Origin: Raja brachyura
Lineage: Eukaryota
Reading direction: 5' to 3'
DNA length: 64,000 nt
Assembly (NCBI GenBank): GCA_963514005.1
Contig: OY740808.1
Coordinates: forward strand, 13,826,001-13,890,000
Shown: positions 40,601-55,600 of the stretch, in pieces
Layout: each line of letters begins with the position of its first letter
Numbering within the stretch: the stretch's first letter is position 1
Made by a program: the position numbers and the translations under genes
Notes under the pieces: model-generated
Told to the model about the DNA's origin: nothing
Database searches by the model: none
The model's input: only the letters and a program-made list of their open reading frames with translations

Positions 40601-43600
40601 ACCTCAGTGGTGAACTTGCTGCACCAGAGTGCAAGAATAGAAATGGCATGAAGCAATGTGCCCTCATGAACTGCAAGGAGAGCACATAAATGAACACATA
40701 ATTTAAATTGATAACTTAAAAACAACTTAGCCTAGCAGGTCTCATGATGTTAAAAACAGAAAAACACCCTTGAATCTTGCATCAACAGTACTGCGCCCCA
40801 CCATCTTTTAAATGACCCGAGGAAAGTCCTGGCAAATTGACAGCGTTAGCTGAAATATGGAGATCCAAAGTCACTCACCTTCTTGTTGCAGGAAGGGAAT
40901 GAACAGCTCGGTGACTGTACCGCTCAGAGTTTGACTTGACAAACCACTGACTGTGTGGTGACTGCAACTTCCAATACCTGTGCATAGGAACAAATAGTTA
41001 ATCAACCGAACACTGTGTCAGGCATTTTGTGGACCAACACTCAAGATTATATGCAGAAACAAATCCTCACAAGTATGAATTGGTGTCTTTAATCCATTAG
41101 ATAGAAATCACAAATACAAGCCCTCTTGAAGTGAACAGCAGGATCAACAGAACAGAGAGATTCCAAACTCAAGCAAATATTTGTGCTTACCAGTTGAAGA
41201 TGCAGAATTTGAGAAGGAGCTCAATTGTGGTAAGAAGCATTGGAAGCTTTAAGGTCGTGTATGAGGCTACTGTTCCATCACCACAGGCCAAAACAATCAA
41301 TGTTTATGTATTGCAGAATGATTGAGGTTGGGTAAGAGCAGCCTCAAGTGGCTTAAGTCACTTTGACAATCAAAGTTTGACATACAGGCAACAATCTTTA
41401 TTTACCTCAGAGCATGAAGCACAATCTAATTCATCAAATACCTCCACATAAGCATCAATTTTCTTCTATAACAACAGCATCTGCCATTTATAGATCAACG
41501 TTTTGTTTTATTTTAAATGAAGAGCATTAAATCACTAACCTGATAGCACACTTATCTTCTGAGCCACAGCAGTCAGTTTGCCTTCAGAACCTGGATAGAA
41601 ACAAATGATGGCGAAATTAACAGCTCTCATCCAACATCAAAAAACAGTGACATTAATAAATAACCATGCATTCATAGAGTTTTTGCATCCCATTGTCATT
41701 TCGTGGTACTTCATAATCATGAAGTACCATTACAATCTAGTCATTTCAGCAATGAAATGAACAGCTAGCAAAGAGAGACAAGATCCCACTAAATTAAATG
41801 TGACAATTTAATAATTAGCCTGCAGCAGCCATGCAGCACTTTGGACACTAAAGACAAAGGAACTGCAGATGCTGGATTACAAAAAAAGGCAACGTCCTGG
41901 CGTAACTCAGTGGGTCAGGCAGCATCTCTGGAGAAAATGGATAGGCAACTTTTCAGATCAGGACCGTTCTTCAGACTGATTGTAGTGGAGGGAGAAAGCT
42001 GGAAGAGTGGTGGGGGCAGGACAAAGCCTGGCAAGGGAAAAGATACAAGTGTAGGGAAGTGGAGGGAAGGAGGGGAATTGGCAGATGGCTGGACAGAGGC
42101 TAGAGATGACAACCCAAAAGGCAGTAATATAAGGAGATAAGGAAATAAGGAAAGAGGAGGCATGAAATGTGAAGCCAGAAGGATAATATATGTTCATAAT
42201 AAACTTTATTGTAGCACCTTACAATACCTTTTGAAAAATTGATTTAGTACATCCACTGGTTCCCCTTTATCTACTTTTCAAAGGACTCCAATAACATGGT
42301 CAACCACGTTTTCTCGAATGCAATGTGATGTGAAAATCCTAACATTTTCTAAATACCCTGTTATAACAAATATTGGAAAAACTTTGCAACTTCAAATAAC
42401 ACCAAGGTAACGTCTACATTCATTGGAGGGTGCAACAGACATTTCTCTAGTTAGAACTTACACCACAGAGTTACAAAAGTGTTGCGTTTCTTTCCATGCT
42501 AGCCAATTAGAGATTTATCTCCTCGTAGGCTTTTTATTGAAGTGATGGAAATGGGACTCCATTGACACACGTACACAAGATCCACAGGGACACAATGGGA
42601 AAACAGCAACCTGTGCTCATTTTCTGGAATGATTTTACCTGCCACAGCCACAGTTCGAGTTTACACAGTTTACCCCCCACTGCCACAGTTCGAGTTCATG
42701 TGTTGGGACTATTATTGCTGCTGGAAAGATTGTATAATTTGTGATGATGGAGAGGTAATTATACCGATTGTAATAGTAAAAAACAAATTATGGTGACACA
42801 AAGGAAAATACTGAGATTGGGCATGGGCAAAGACACCATATTTGTTTTGTAGAATAAATCTTAGGCAGGTGGTATGTGGACATATTAGAGACTAGATAAT
42901 TTGGGATCTTAGATTTTGGGTTAGTGCTAGTGTATAGGTAATAAAAAAATCAATGACGTTTTAAGCTGATAAGAAAAGGAAATGACAATTAGAAAATGAA
43001 CATAGAGGGCACGAGAAATTAAGGAAAAACGTTGGGAGACCTCTCCAAAAAAAGTACTAAGATAAACAGGCCTGGTGTGGGGTATGCCAAGGAGGATGCA
43101 GGGGGTGTTCTGGATTTGTCCAAAGGGGTATTACCTCCAAGAATGGCAAAGAGATGCCTGACGAGAGATTCAGCAGCTGCCGGATCACTGCATTGGTGGG
43201 TCAGGTTGCGAAGAGCTATCACAGCCTCGTCCATCAGTTGAGGATTGTTAGACTTCAACTGGCCTAGGGAAAGGAAAGAAAATGGCAACATTGGATACTT
43301 AGATTTTAGAGTTATAGAGTCATAGAGTCCAACTTGCCCACACCGGCCAACATGTCCCAGCTACACAAGTCCCACCTACAAGCATTTGGTCCATATCCCT
43401 CCAAACCTATCCTATCCATGTACCTGTCTAACTGTTTCTTAAATGTTGGGATAGTCCCTGCCTCAACTCCCTTCTTTGTTGGCTTGTTCCATACATCCAC
43501 CACCCTTGTGTGAAAAAGCTACCCCTCAGATTCCTATTAAACCTTCACCTTAAATTATTTCCTCTGGTCCTCGATTCACCTCCTCTGGGCAAGAGACTCT

Positions 43601-46600
43601 ATGCATCTACCCGATCTATTCCTCTCATGATCTTATACACCTCAATAATATCACCCATCATCCTCCTGCGCTCCAAGAAATAGAGTCCCAGCCTACTCAA
43701 CCTCTGCCTATAGCTCAGAAGCTCTAGTCCTGGCAACATCCTCGTAAACCTTCTCTGTACCCTTTCCAGCTGGACAACATCTTTCCTATAACACGGTGCC
43801 CAGAACTGAACCCAGTACTTCAAATTGCCATGCATTAATTCATTACAACAAAATCAAAATACAAAAGAAAAGCAATTACCTTGCTGAATCAATTAATTTA
43901 CTTTTGATTTAAGGTTTAACTGGGTCATAATTCAGAGACATGGTCCATAAATTTCAGATGTCCTTAATGGACTGCTGATACGATGTTAAATCTATACAAA
44001 TTATCTATTAAAACAGACTATTTCTTATGTAGTCCTGTATCACACTTACTTGCCAGGCCTTTGGCAATATCCACTGCGTACTGGCTTAGATCAAGGGTGA
44101 CTGAAGATAGTAGATAGGAGATAGCTGTAAACAATGAAGTCAGAAAATGAGTGTCATTCACCCGTACGAATGAGAAGAAATTCAGTACATTACAATATTC
44201 AAAAATAATTGTAGAATATTTAGCTGAGTGGAAATATAGAAAGATCTGTGGATAGAACACCGTTTAATAGCATGCATCATTCTAAGTGTTTTATAGTTAA
44301 TAACATACTTATAAAACAGTCATAATCAGAGCGTAGGAAACGCAGCACCTCCTTCTGTGCAGCAATCCTTGGGAACTGCACTGGGGTATTGTCATAGATA
44401 TAATGAGCGGGATGAACCTACAACCTTCAGTCTGGTCAAAAGATTCTGCAACCTCATTACAAATAATATTACCACCAAGTTCTCAATCGGACTCTTGATG
44501 TATGTCAACTAATAACAGCACAGGACAGTAAGTGTCAGTGCTACGGGCTATCAAGATGCTTTTGAGTACAGCTAAATCAACTTCAATTAACTTTACTTCC
44601 CCTGCTGTCAACCTGTACTGCTCTTGTTTTACTCAAGATTGCAGCATCTACAATTCCTTGTCCCTCCAGGGTCAGTCATGATATTCATTATGATTCAACA
44701 GCTTTGTATTAGTTAATTATTGTCACGTACAGAGATGCAGTGAAAAACTTGTTTGCATGCTGTCCAATAAAATCAGATAATACTACACACAAATACAATC
44801 AAGCCGAACAAGGTCAATAAATACGGCAAAGAGAAAAATACTAGTTCATCAGTCTGTAGAAGGGTCTCGACCCGAAATGTCACCTATTCCTTTGCTCCAT
44901 AGATGCTGCCTCACCCGCTGAGTTTCTCCAGCATTTCTGTCCACCAGAGTATAGACTATAGTTTTTCAACATTGTAGTATAACAGTTCCAGAGGAGAAAT
45001 TGCAATGTGCACAATGAGGTAGGTTGGAAAATCTGGATTGTACCCCAGCTGATCAAAGGACCACTCTGAAGAGTAGGGAAGAAGCTGTTCCGGAGTCTAG
45101 TGATACATGCTCTCAAGGTTTTGTATCTTCTGCCCAGCGCAATAGGGGAGAAGAGGGATTGACCAGGGTGGAAAAGGTCCTTGATTATTTTGGTAGGTTT
45201 CCAGAGGCAGCCTGAACTGTAGATGGAATCAATGGTGGGGAATCTAGTCTGTTTGATGATCTGGGCTACATTTCCATAACTCTATGAAATAACAACTCTT
45301 TGCAAGCTTGACAACAGTATGCCGAAGCTCATAACTTAAGCAATGCAGCAGATGGCTGACGGCACCCAGGGAGCAAACCGTAGTTCGACAAATAAATCAA
45401 ATAAGCAAATTAAAATACAATGCATTGGCACTACAGGCTAGTGTGCAATTTACTTACTCTCAATTACATTTTCAGGGCTGCGCAAAATAGATTTATGCAC
45501 AGTGGGAAGCAGGGAACCCTTGAACTCTTGATGGGACACGTGACGAAGTAGAGGCTCACAGCATTCCTGCAAATAAAAACTCACCATAAGCTACACAGCA
45601 AGTCCTGTTTGTACTACATAATGCAATGTAAACCATTTCTTCATGCAGTTACATTGCTGCGTATAAAGCAAAGCAAGACTGAATAACTTGGAATCCAATC
45701 TATTCCCCAATTAATTAATTGAAGTCTTTGCAATAAAGGAAAAAAACGTTTTATTCATTAAACATGTCAGTATCCACAATACTTCTCTGAACATATGTTC
45801 AAAGTTGCCAGTATAACTGAGAAACAATGTAGTCATTTTATTCTGCCTTTTTATTTTAACAACATTATGAATGCCAGAAATAGAATCCTCACCAGAAGGT
45901 ATTTGGGAGGTTTTATCTTGCTCAAGAGGACTGTTTTCACATAGAGCTCCAAAATGCCATCCTGCAAAACAATCAAAATAATTCATCAGGCCGTTCTTCA
46001 AGAGAATCTGACTAATATATTTGATTGCTTCTTCTGACAACAAATCTCTGAACATAGTACAAGGTAAACATTTGTCATCACTGCACTGCAATAAGCTTAA
46101 GAATCCCACATAACAAAAAGCACCACCAAAAGGATATATTGGCCTTGGAAAAGGGTACAGAAGAAATGTATCCCTGTTCAGGAGTCCAGAACAAGGTGAA
46201 TTAACTTTCAAATCAGAAGCATACCAGTCAGGAGTGAAAACAAGTACTACTTCATAAAATGATGTGTGAAATTTCTATACCCTCACTCCAAAAATCTATA
46301 AAGTTCAAGGGGAGAAGATGGAACATTCAAAGCATCAATATTCTATGATATGTAGCAGTATTAAGAGTTATGGAAACAAGCAGGATGCCTTTAATAAAAA
46401 TAATCTTGATCTAATAGATTGGTGGCATGCTCAACCATAATTATCCTTGTTTTTCCTACATCTCTAATGACGCCCTTTCAATTCCTACTTTGCCGAGTCA
46501 CTTTTGCCCATGGAGATTCTAACACATAATTAGAGCTTTTCATAGAATCATATAACACGTTAGAAGCCAAAAAGGCTATCGTGCATGAGCCAGCTCTTCA

Positions 46601-49600
46601 ATGTAATTCCAATTCATCAACTTCTCTTAAGTGAAAGCCCTACGAATGTTTTCCCTTAAAGTACCCAACAATTCCTTTTTGAAAGTTATTGATCCCATTT
46701 CGACTTTCCACCCTGGGAGCACAATCCAGATTTTAAACCATGGTGAATAAAACCAAAACTTTCCAAATACTTTAAATCCATGTTCTCCGGGTTCTGACGA
46801 CACTGTTGCCGATAGAACTGCTGCTCTTTATTTACTCTATTAAAACCTTCTCTGTTCCATAGATAAGTAGACATTACTTAACTAGTTCAAGATCTTGACA
46901 TAATTCCTGAAGTGTGATAAACAAAATTAAATAATAGTCCATCTGTTAGCCTAGCCAAGTATTTTAAAACCTAGTGTAACTGTCTTGATTTCATGGTCTA
47001 AAATTAATAACCTCTTAAAATGTTGACTCAACTTTCTCTGCCACCTACAGGTTTCTGTACTATCTCCAAGCATGCCTGCCTCTTTTACAATTACAGTATT
47101 CAGTTATCTAGTTTTTCATTTTTCTTCAGATGTGCATCACCTTTTGTGCAGTACATTAAATTTCACCTCTCATTTTTCCACTTAGCTTTTCACTTCTTCA
47201 CTGTTTCATTATACATAATTGATCAAAATTTGTTATGTATACCCAAAGATGTGTGTATTGAAAAGTAGCAGTTCGTCAGTATAAAAAGTAGCTGTCTTTT
47301 AGTAAGAAAGTCATGTTTAGGGATAAGCAAGTCACGGGATAGTAGCTCCTTACGGCAAAACTATCAACTGATTCCCAAAATTTCAAAGTCAAGTGCCCCT
47401 TACGAATGGGTTACAAACCTTATGTTTGTTGATGGTTGCAATGTCTTTCTCATCTGTACAGTACTGAACCAGTACTCCCAGCATAGCTAAATGAAATTGG
47501 TTTTGTTCCAGGCTCACAGTTGTTGCCAGATATTGCTGTGCAAGCTCAGAGTTCTAAATGAAAGTGGACAAAGCAAAATTTAAGACAAAGTGGTTCCTCC
47601 TTTAGTAATGATTGGCAAGTTCCATGATGCTCAAGAACAATATCTGCACAAAAAGATTAAACCATGTTTCTTACATAATATTGTAAAACACGGAGACAAT
47701 CTGTGATCAAATTTACAATTCTTTTATTTTTCCAACTGAAAACCATTTCATTGAAACTTCCCACTTCATGTATTTATTAACATCTATCCCCATTGCTACA
47801 ATCATAGGAAGGAAGAATGTAGTAAACATTTACAGCAAGTCTAACATAAGCAAGTCTGATCAGCTTGAGTCTTTACAATGTACCATTGTGACATCTCAAC
47901 AATTTAACAAATGCGATCAGCAGCATAGCATTTAAACAATGCCTAGCGTATCGGCTCATTGGAAATTATTACTAGATATCACGTATCTAAATACTGCCAT
48001 ACAGAGAATAGTCACATGGCCTTTGTTCCTTACTCTCCACTTTGTTCCTTACCCTAAGCCATTCTTCCATCCATTTTGCAGCAGCATATCTCTACCACCC
48101 CACTGCAAAACCACAATACAACATTATGGCCCAAGGGAATGTTCCATCCTGTAGACCCTGGAAATTCTCCTCGTTCTTACCTCTTTCCATAGATGCCTGA
48201 ACTTTTTGAGAATCCCGTTCACTGTGTGCTTGTTCCCACCGCCCAGGACCTCTGTTAAAAGCAGGCACTGCACCTCGACCTGTCAAGAAGCACAGCACAT
48301 GGCAAATTGGCAAAGCCAAATATATAATGCCCTTTGAATTTCAAAACATAATTTCACAACACAGGCAGATTTTAGTGCATTTCATTAATAAAATAAATCT
48401 TAACACAATTTGGGTGCTTCAACTTGGAGCAAAAGAAAACTGCAGATGCTGGAAATCAAAAATCAAAATAAACTGCACAGCATCAGAGAGGAGAGAAAGT
48501 GTCAACACTTGAGGTCAGGGACCCTCATTAGAAATGTAAAATGAAGAAACCAAGTGCGTGTATAAGTTGTAGAGATGGGGAGAGGTGGAAAGAACAGAGA
48601 GATTACCTGATCAAAGTTGTCACGGTAATGAATTACATTTAAAAACTGGCATTAAAGAGGCATTAAAGAGGCAGGTGACTAGAAATTCTAGGTCAGCTCT
48701 GCAGACCAAATGGAGCTATTCTACAATGGGTGACCCAATTTAAGCAATCATCCTCCTTGCCCCCTCCCCCCGCAAACGCCCCCCTCCTCACCCTCTTCAT
48801 AGATGTGGCTGTAATTTGATTCTTTAATTTGATTCTTTTTTCTTCCATCTAAAATTGTTGCATTTAATTGTGGGTTTTGCTGTTCTGCAAACGTTTTATT
48901 CCTGTACTACCCCAAAGATGAAGTGAGCAACACAGAATATTAAGTGACTAGATGTCCTATTTTACTTACCCAGACCTAGTTACTTTCTTACCAGCAAAAC
49001 GTGTAACAGTCCCATAAGCGTCACTTCTGTTACAGACTCTTTTAGACATTTAACCCAGACCATTGTTAGTCTCGGTCACCACACAGAATAATTTTACTTT
49101 CCCATCTACTCACCATCTTTATCCACATCTCTGTTGCTTGTTTCTCGGGTGCCTTGAAGACTGTCTTGACCAACAATAATGTCCAATTGAGAGCAAGGGA
49201 TGCTGCTGACGCACTGCTCTTACTATGATAGAGAGAGTTCAGGAGTCAGTTACATTAAAGTGTTCCACCTTCAAGTATTTGTGTAAATGCAATTGCTCAA
49301 AGAGATTGAAACCCATTTAACCCCTGCACTGTGGGGAAAGTCCATGCTTTCAACAGTCCTACCCCCACATATGTAGGTATTCAAGATTCTATTCTATTAT
49401 TTCAAATTCTCAGACCTGTTTCTTTGGTTCCCTGGGCAAGATAATGTTCCCATTACTTCTGCTCTGAAGACTAGCAGTAAGATGACTAAACTGGGAAAGA
49501 TTACTATATCCCATCACCTTCCTGAAAGATGTCAGGGATCTCCGTTTCAGTATAATATGCCGAAGCACATAAAGAATATATAACCACAAACATAGGCCTT

Positions 49601-52600
49601 TATAGCTTAGGCTATCCCTTTCAGACAATAATGCCTAAATAAGCTGTCAATATCCTACCAATGCGCTTCCCCAGTAAAGTGTTTGGCAAACATAAACCAC
49701 TCCACGGGGGTTCCCCTCTTCCATTATAGATGAGACTCTCCTTGATATCCCGCAGCTCTGCTCTTACTCCCTGTCCCCCTGGTCCTCACCTTCCATCCCA
49801 ACTAGGTGTCAACTTCTCTACATCGGTGAGACCAAGCGCAGGCTCGGCGATCGTTTCACTGAACACCGCCGCTCAATCCGTCTTAACCTACCTAATCCCG
49901 TGGTGGCTCAGCACTTCAACTCCCCCTCCCATTCCCAATCTGACAATGGAGGAAGCCCAGGACAGAAAGGTCAGAGTGAGGCCCAGCACAAATTGGAGGA
50001 ACGGCACCTCATATTTCGCTTGGGTAGTTTACACCCAAGCGCTATGAACATTGACTTCTCTAGCTTTCCATAGCCCTTGCTTTCCCTCTCCACCCCCCTC
50101 CCCCTTCCCAGTACTCCCACCAGTCTTACTGTCTCCGACCCGAAACGTTGCCAATTCCTTCTCCCCATAGATGCTGCCTCATCCACTGAGTTACTCCAGC
50201 ATTTTGTGTCAACCATTGCACTTATATCCAAGCAACTGCACTTGGCATCGCATCCAAGTTTAATGTCTTTGTTGCGCTTTCATACCTTGGATGGCCATTC
50301 TTGCAGGCGATTCCTGTTGACTGCAGACACTGCACTAGGTGTTTTGTCGTCGTCTCTGGATGACTTTCAGCCAGCTGCTGAATAACTGCCTGAAGAGCTC
50401 TTCGGGACGTTGCATCTCTGCCAAATAACAAGAAAGACTTTCACTGTGCCTTGATATATGTGATAATAATACACCAATACTAAATTCTTGATAATTGCTG
50501 TACTGCTCCATCTCACTTCAAATATTCCCACAGCCCATGCTGATGGAAGAGTTGCACTTGCACAGTGGAGAGTCTTCAGCAGCAGCCAGGCTGGATGAAG
50601 TTTGGGCAAATCCTTTTTGGGCAAAAGCTCATCCACACCTCTACTCTCTCAGGAAATTAGGTATATTTGGCACAACTCGAACAGCTTTCACCAGTTTCTA
50701 TCAATGCGGTGGAGATAGCATCCTATTAGGATGCATCGCAACTTGGTTTGGCAACAGCTCTGCCCAAGTCCGCAAGAAATTACAGAGTTGTGGACGCAGC
50801 CCAGTCCATCACACAAATCAGCCTCTCCTCAATGCCTCAGAAAAACACCCAACATAATCAAGGGCCACTTACACTCTGGCCATTCCCGCTTCTCCCCTCT
50901 CCTATCCTTACAAAAATGTACCACCAGAAGCAGACACTTCTTCCTCACTGTTATCACACTACTGAATAGGCTTCTCATAAGCCAAGGGTGTAGCCCAATC
51001 TCAAAACCTACCACACAGTGGCCATCACACAATTTGTATCTTCCATTTCTCTGGAGTTGTAGCAGCATAACGCTGTAGGACTATGTTCTACACGCTGGGA
51101 CAAAATCACCTCTGCCATTAGTTAGATTTGACCATTATCAGTTTAGGTTTGAAAATCTTTTTGTATTAAGTTCCTAAAAGTCCCAACTGATAAAGTGGCA
51201 AGGAAAACAAGACATCTGAAACCAAAATGAACAGAATAAGCAACTGTTCCTCAATTTAACCCCAACCAGAGTGAGGGTTGTGAAATGAACAATGGAAGGA
51301 CAAAGAAGGAAGTGTAAATTAAAGTGAAATGAAAAGAGAAAATGCTGGAAAAATGCAGTGGTCAGGCAACAGTTGTGAAGAAACATTAAAGGGAAAACAA
51401 GTTTCAAGTTACATGGAATGGATGCAAGGCAAGGCTGAAGTAACAAAAGGGAAAATCGATTAAAACATGTAGGACTGGAGAAATTAAATTGACAAAATGA
51501 ATGAAAACGTAGGTGATTTGATTAGCAACTTCACAGGTGACACAAAAATGGTTGTGGATAATGAGGAAGGTTGTCAAAGGATACAACAGGATATAGGTTA
51601 GTTGGAAATTTAGCAGAGAAGTAACAGATGGACATTAATCTAGACAAATATGAGGTGTTGCATTTTGGGAATACAACCGAAAAAGGATAGTTATGCAGTC
51701 AATGAAAAGGACCTTGTGGAGCATTGACTCAAATGGTACAAGTGCATAGCTACCCACAGTGGCAACACAAATGGGAAGAGTGGTGAACAAGGCGAACAGC
51801 ATGCTCGGCTTTATCGGTCAGAGCATTGACTTTCAAGGTAGCAAAGTCAAGTAGCAGCAGTAAAAATCTTTGGTTAGGGCACATTTGGAGTCTTTTGTGC
51901 ATGTCTGGACGCCACATTACAAGAAGAATGTGGAAGCATTGGAGAGGGTGCAGAAGCAACTCACCACCATGTTGCCTATAGTGGATGGAGTACATTTACA
52001 AGAGGTTGGACAAATTTGGTAGGCACAAAATGCTGGAGTAACTCATCGGGGCAGACAGCATCGCCGGTTTCGGGTTGAGACCCTTCTTCGATTTGGAGTG
52101 TTTTCTTTGGAACATCCAATGCAACAAGTATAATATTATTATGCACTGAAGTGATAGTAGTGCATAAATGTCAAAAACCAGACATGGTTTAAGGTGAGAT
52201 TGGGCAAAATGTAAAGGAGATGCGTGGGGCAAATTTTATTTTTTAAATATACAGTGGGTGGTGAGTACCTGTTACCAGGGATGATGGTGGAGGCAGATAT
52301 GATAGTGGAATTTAAGACACTTTTGGATAGCCACATGGATAGGGAGAGATAAGGATTATATGTGGGCTGATAAGAGCTCGTCTTGGCATCATGTTCACCA
52401 CAGACATTGAGGGCTGAAGAGCTTGTTCCTGTGCTGCGCTATATTCCATGTTCTATAACCCAAAGATACGAATAGCTACCTTCAGTTGGATTGTAGCATT
52501 ATAAAATACCCAGCAAAAACTGTATTAAGATAAACTATAAAACAAAACCAATAGCAATCTCAGGATTAGTAACATACAGTTGCTGTGGCTGCTGCTATAG

Positions 52601-55600
52601 CAGTTACACATGTGAATACATCAATTAAGCCAAAATCTCTGGAACTAACCTATAACGATGAAGTGTTAAGCAGAAAAGTTTGCACAGGCCTTTCACAGCA
52701 CCATCAGGCAGATCTGAAAGGACAAAAAAGATCAGCAACAAACTGCATCTGGTTTATGGACTCCCCACTAGAATTGCCTTCATGTATATTAATAAACTCA
52801 TACATTTCGACATCAAACGTACTACTTGAACTCATGACACTTGCTTTCTGTCACCTTATAACAGTTTTGCTGTTATAAAAAAGAACATCCACCATTGCAC
52901 TCCAACCTGTTGATTAAACCACAGTCTCATTCCACTGTTTCTGGATTGTAGATTGTTCTCCAATATACTCCACCGTGCATCTTTTTGCAGTTCACTTTAT
53001 CTTACTGGCTACAACGGTACCTCACTGAATTCACAAGATCCGCACTGAAAGATATCATCGTACCCTTACCTGGAGAGAATGCATCAGTGAGTGACCGGTC
53101 TAGAGACCAACACCAATCCAGCAATAAACGCCCAAGGCTCCGTGTGGAGGAGCTGCAACTGTTCACTAACGAGATGGGAGGCTCAGTGTTGCACCCTGGC
53201 CAGCAGAGAGATTGTAGTCATGGGACTGGCACACCTGCCCCCATGTGTGGGCAGTCTACTCAAATCCTACTGTCTCTCTAACAAGGCATTTATGTATGCA
53301 ATTTCAAATAAGGATTTACACTTCACCCAAATAAAAATAACATGTGGCTGTTTGCGGACCACAGGGGAAGATGTGGTTCAGCAATTACTTACCTTTTCCA
53401 TTGACACAGCTCCCCAAATCAGAGAGTATCTGCTGCCTCTCTTTTACACTGCCGGTAGTGACTCTCGCAGCAAACCTCCTGAGAGTGTCTGAAACCTGAA
53501 AATTTAATCACAGTTCTCATTTTGTAATCTCTTAAACAATGAATTTATCCCACACATATTGACAAATGACCATGGATGGGGCCAAGTTTACCAGATCCTC
53601 AGCTAGCAGTGCAACACTGAAACAGACCAGTTGGAAAAAAGTAAACTCAGGGCATTGAAATAGCACATTGCAACTTGTAACCTGTGGCACAGGAAATATC
53701 ATCTGCATGCGAGTTAAATTAACTGACTCCAGTAGAGAGTGGTAGATAAAATTAACCCTAGCAAGCCATTAAAAAAGCCACAGTGGCAGATGGTAAGTAT
53801 GCCGACCTCAACTGTATCTGAATTGCCCACCAACTTTCAAAGTTTGGCTCACTTGGTAAGAATGCCACTCAAAAAGTTATTCAAAGGTATGTCTAAATGT
53901 GAAACTGCATCCCAGCATAGTTGAGATTTGCTGCTCACTTGGTGAGACTTAATCAACAAGAGCAGGCAAATCAGGCAAGTTCTTAAAAGTGTTCTTTTTT
54001 TTTTATTGTACTGCTGCTGGCAAGTTCATTTCACTGCACTTTATTGTGCACGTGACGAATAAATCTGACTTTACTTGACAAAGAGGCATTTGCCCACATT
54101 GTAGGCCTCTACAAGTGCAGGCATCTAGAGACCACAAGCAGTCTTTACAGAGATCTCCTCTGTCAACCTCAGACCCGGGTTCCTCAGACTCTCCAATGGG
54201 AGTAGCTTCTAACAATCACCCCATCCATAACAATCATTGCAGTACCCAATGTTGGGCGAGTCCAGAACCAGGGGCCACAGTCTTAGGATAAAGGGGAGGC
54301 CATTTAAGACTGAGGTGAGAAAATACTTTTTCACCCAGAGAGTTGTGAATTTGTGGAATTCCCTGCCACAGAAGGCAGTGGAGGCCAAATCACCGGGTGG
54401 ATTTAAGAGAGAGTTAGATAGAGCTCTAGGGGCTAGTGGAATCAAGGGATATGGGGAGAAGGCAGGCACGGGTTATTGATTGGGGACAATCAGCCATGAT
54501 CACAATGAATGGCGGTGCTGGCTCATAGGGCCAAATGGCCTCCTCCTGCACCTACTTTCTATGTGCCCATTCAATCCAAAAATGATGGTGCGTTGCTTGT
54601 ATTATCCTGGGTCAGTTTAAAATTGCACCTGGTGTGCTACATGTTGAGAATAGCAAGAATTTGCAAAGTAGTAGGGAGAAGGGCATCAAAACTGGCAACA
54701 TTTACGATTAAGCACAACGACGTTTTAACAGAGCAACTTCTAGGTCCTGTCATAAATATAGCATTTGAAGGAAACTTGCTATTTTAGGAACAGCAAGTAC
54801 ATTTTTAAATGCAGTTACTCAAGCTATAATTACGAAACAATTTATCCTTGAACAAAGGCCTACAATTTTCATAGTTATCGCAGTTGGAGACCAATCATCT
54901 CCTCATACCTGCACCAGCTACATCTTTCCAATCATTCCCACTTCTCATTGCCAAAAGCCAGTAATTTTCTTCCTTTCAGGTCGTTACATTTCCTACAACT
55001 GTTTTTAACCTTAATCCAGGCAGAATTTCAGATCATAATTCATTGTGTAAAAGAAAACAAATATTTTCCAACAATGTAAAATTTGTATTCTCTTTGTTGT
55101 TGAACCATCTGCCAATTTCGCTTTATTCGGTGTTAACAACAACCTTCTCTGTTCTTAAGGATATAAAGTGAAGCTCTAGTCTTTGCACAGAATGGAATCG
55201 AACTTATCTACATCATATCCAAAGCTCATTACATGCTTTCTAAATGGTTTAGCTTGCTTTAGTTTAAAGATACGTCACAGAACAGGCCTGTATGTTTCAA
55301 AGAAACATACAGCATAGTGAAAGGCTTGGACAGAGAGAGGATGTTTCCACTATTGGGGGAGTCTATGAGTAGAGGTCAAAGCCTCAGAAATAAAGGATGT
55401 TCTTTTAGTAAGGAGACTAGGTGAAATCTCTTTAGCCAGAGGGTGGTGAATCTATGGAATTCTTTGCCACAGAAGGCTGTAGAGGCCAGGTCAGTGGATA
55501 TTTTTAAGGCAGACATAGGTAGATTTTTGATTAGTACAGGTGTCAGATGTTATGGGAAGGCAGAAAAATTGGCCCATCTAGTCCATGGCAACTATCGATT

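Noticed and set aside
42647-42696. 15-bp direct repeat gccacagttcgagtt as a TSD
   Set aside because: The intervening sequence is about 20 bp of related low-complexity DNA, so slippage duplication is more likely.
53015-53066. Intronic C/D box snoRNA (ggtac-GATGAT...GTGA-ggtacc terminal stem)
   Set aside because: The C box is imperfect, there is no CUGA D box, and it is too short (about 50 nt).
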